Of a stretch of DNA of 64,000 nucleotides, positions 62,618 to 64,000 are shown in pieces. The notes under the pieces are model-generated. The model saw nothing but the letters and a program-made list of their open reading frames with translations. It made no database searches and was not told the DNA's origin. The first letter of the stretch is position 1. Each line of letters opens with the position of its first letter. Source of the stretch: Pseudogymnoascus verrucosus (taxonomy: Eukaryota). The stretch is taken from NCBI GenBank assembly GCA_001662655.1, contig KV460207.1; one strand, written 5' to 3'. Both the position numbers and the translations under genes were made by a program.

Positions 62618-64000
62618 CTAGCGCTGCGTTTTGAAGTATCTAATTAAACCCTCCGTCAGCCGCTTTAGAAGCCATTCACTCTCCCTCCGCTCTGCTAATT
62701 TAGCCCATTCCAGAACTCCTTCCTGTTGGAAATCTTCCTCGGAGTTAAAGGTGAGTCTTAGGAGTCTATCGTACTCGATCCATTCATCAAAGTTGTATCT
62801 CTTAGGCGGAACAGCCTCTAGGTCTCCCGCTGTCTTCTGGATAGCTATTGCCAATTCCACAGCTAAATCGTGCCGATAAAAATCTTCTGTCACTGATGAT
62901 TGAACAGTTGCACCCCCACTTTCATCCATTCTAGGTTGGGTACCTATACCCTCCGTTCCTGGCTTCTGAGCGCGGTTTGCGGCTTTCCTGCATGCACCTA
63001 GCACCACCCTAGACTCTCTATCCAAAGGGCGATGCCGACGTATGGATTCTGGCAGGATAGTCCAGGCCGCGAGTATAAGAGTCCCACGCTTGTACCTAGC
63101 AATAATAGTGTCGGCCATATTGGAGATTAGGATGGTCATTGTCGGAACAGCGACTAAACTCCAGACAATGAAAAACGGCTTGCCTGAATTGCTTGTAGGA
63201 GTTAGGTCTCCGTAGCCAATGGTAAGTAGTGAAATATAACAGAAGTAAAGTGCATTAGAGTACGACCAAGGTTGCTGCGACTGCTCCACCCGCCAGAATA
63301 CAAGAGCACCAATAAACCAGATAATACAAAATGCAATTACTGAGAGCGCCAGTTCACAGTGGTGTGTGACCTGACTAGTTCTTTTCTGGATTGCGCGTAG
63401 GGCATCAAATCGATCTCTTTGCTCGAGTGAATTGCCACCAATACGCATAACGTCCCTTCGATATCCACCTCTACAAGAATTCTCTGTAGAAGTAATCGGA
63501 CTAACACTAAACGTTATAGCAGAAGCTGGTGGATCGTGGCCATCGTTTCGATCTTTTTTTGTTTTCGGAACCCTAATGTCGTTGTTAAGATGCCTCACTA
63601 TACGCCTCCGGACAACGTCATGACCTAAATCTTTAACAAACTCTCGAATGCTGCTGACTAGTAATCCTAGGATGATGATACCACCAGCTGCATATGGAAA
63701 GATTAGGCCTCTACCAGATTTAGTTCCTGGTGTGAAGTCTCCGAAGCCTATGGTAAGAATAGTCTCGTCGCAAAAATACAGGGCATCTACGTACGACCAC
63801 CCACACAATTTATGAAAGATCGCAGCGCCACCTGAAAGCCATAGGCAAAGCATCATAGTTTGAAGAATCATGTTGCGTTGCTCACCCGTAAGATTGAAAT
63901 ATTGCGGATAGTGACCGAGGAAATAACCTAGCATGTTCACCATGAGTAGCATAGAACCAAAGGTGTATAATACAGCCGCGATTATTGCGTCCCAAAATCC
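62618..64000 (-). CDS. TOK1: TOK1-like outward-rectifying two-pore K+ channel; 5' end lies beyond the window
   Basis: Two pore loops, TILTIGFGDFTP and SLLTIGYGDLTP, plus LGYFLGHYPQ..LT..QR..ILQT. The frame is open to the window end. Confidence 0.88.
   Translation of the reverse strand, partial: GFWDAIIAAVLYTFGSMLLMVNMLGYFLGHYPQYFNLTGEQRNMILQTMMLCLWLSGGAAIFHKLCGWSYVDALYFCDETILTIGFGDFTPGTKSGRGLIFPYAAGGIIILGLLVSSIREFVKDLGHDVVRRRIVRHLNNDIRVPKTKKDRNDGHDPPASAITFSVSPITSTENSCRGGYRRDVMRIGGNSLEQRDRFDALRAIQKRTSQVTHHCELALSVIAFCIIWFIGALVFWRVEQSQQPWSYSNALYFCYISLLTIGYGDLTPTSNSGKPFFIVWSLVAVPTMTILISNMADTIIARYKRGTLILAAWTILPESIRRHRPLDRESRVVLGACRKAANRAQKPGTEGIGTQPRMDESGGATVQSSVTEDFYRHDLAVELAIAIQKTAGDLEAVPPKRYNFDEWIEYDRLLRLTFNSEEDFQQEGVLEWAKLAERRESEWLLKRLTEGLIRYFKTQR

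Overview
Eukaryotic, intron-rich, gene-dense fungal DNA from a filamentous ascomycete. It is probably a Leotiomycete such as Pseudogymnoascus, inferred from protein sequences and composition. I can support about 23 protein-coding genes. Most are conserved housekeeping or regulatory genes: a QIP/Gfd2-like exonuclease (partial), two C2H2 zinc-finger factors, a Par32/DUF3602 protein, RLP24, PAM18, CLU1, a ferric reductase, a Yippee/MOH1 protein, a Zn alcohol dehydrogenase, SEN15, a DUF2985 protein, an SLC35F6-like transporter, PalB/RIM13, VTS1, TFC4, SEC23, RPL17 and a TOK-type K+ channel (partial). A more lineage-specific-looking tail spans about 55-62 kb. I found no rRNA, tRNA, CRISPR array or recognisable transposase. 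The most interesting signals are post-transcriptional. Two genes have uORFs whose stop codon overlaps the main start codon (TAATG, ATGA). A hairpin placed right after a TACTAAC hides candidate 3' splice sites in the AUG-free ferric reductase leader. Introns split the zinc fingers of both C2H2 factors. A three-exon orphan protein carries a Cys motif, a coiled coil and a Myb-like domain, downstream of a 171-bp transition-rich duplication. Exon boundaries were derived by eye and need RNA-seq confirmation.
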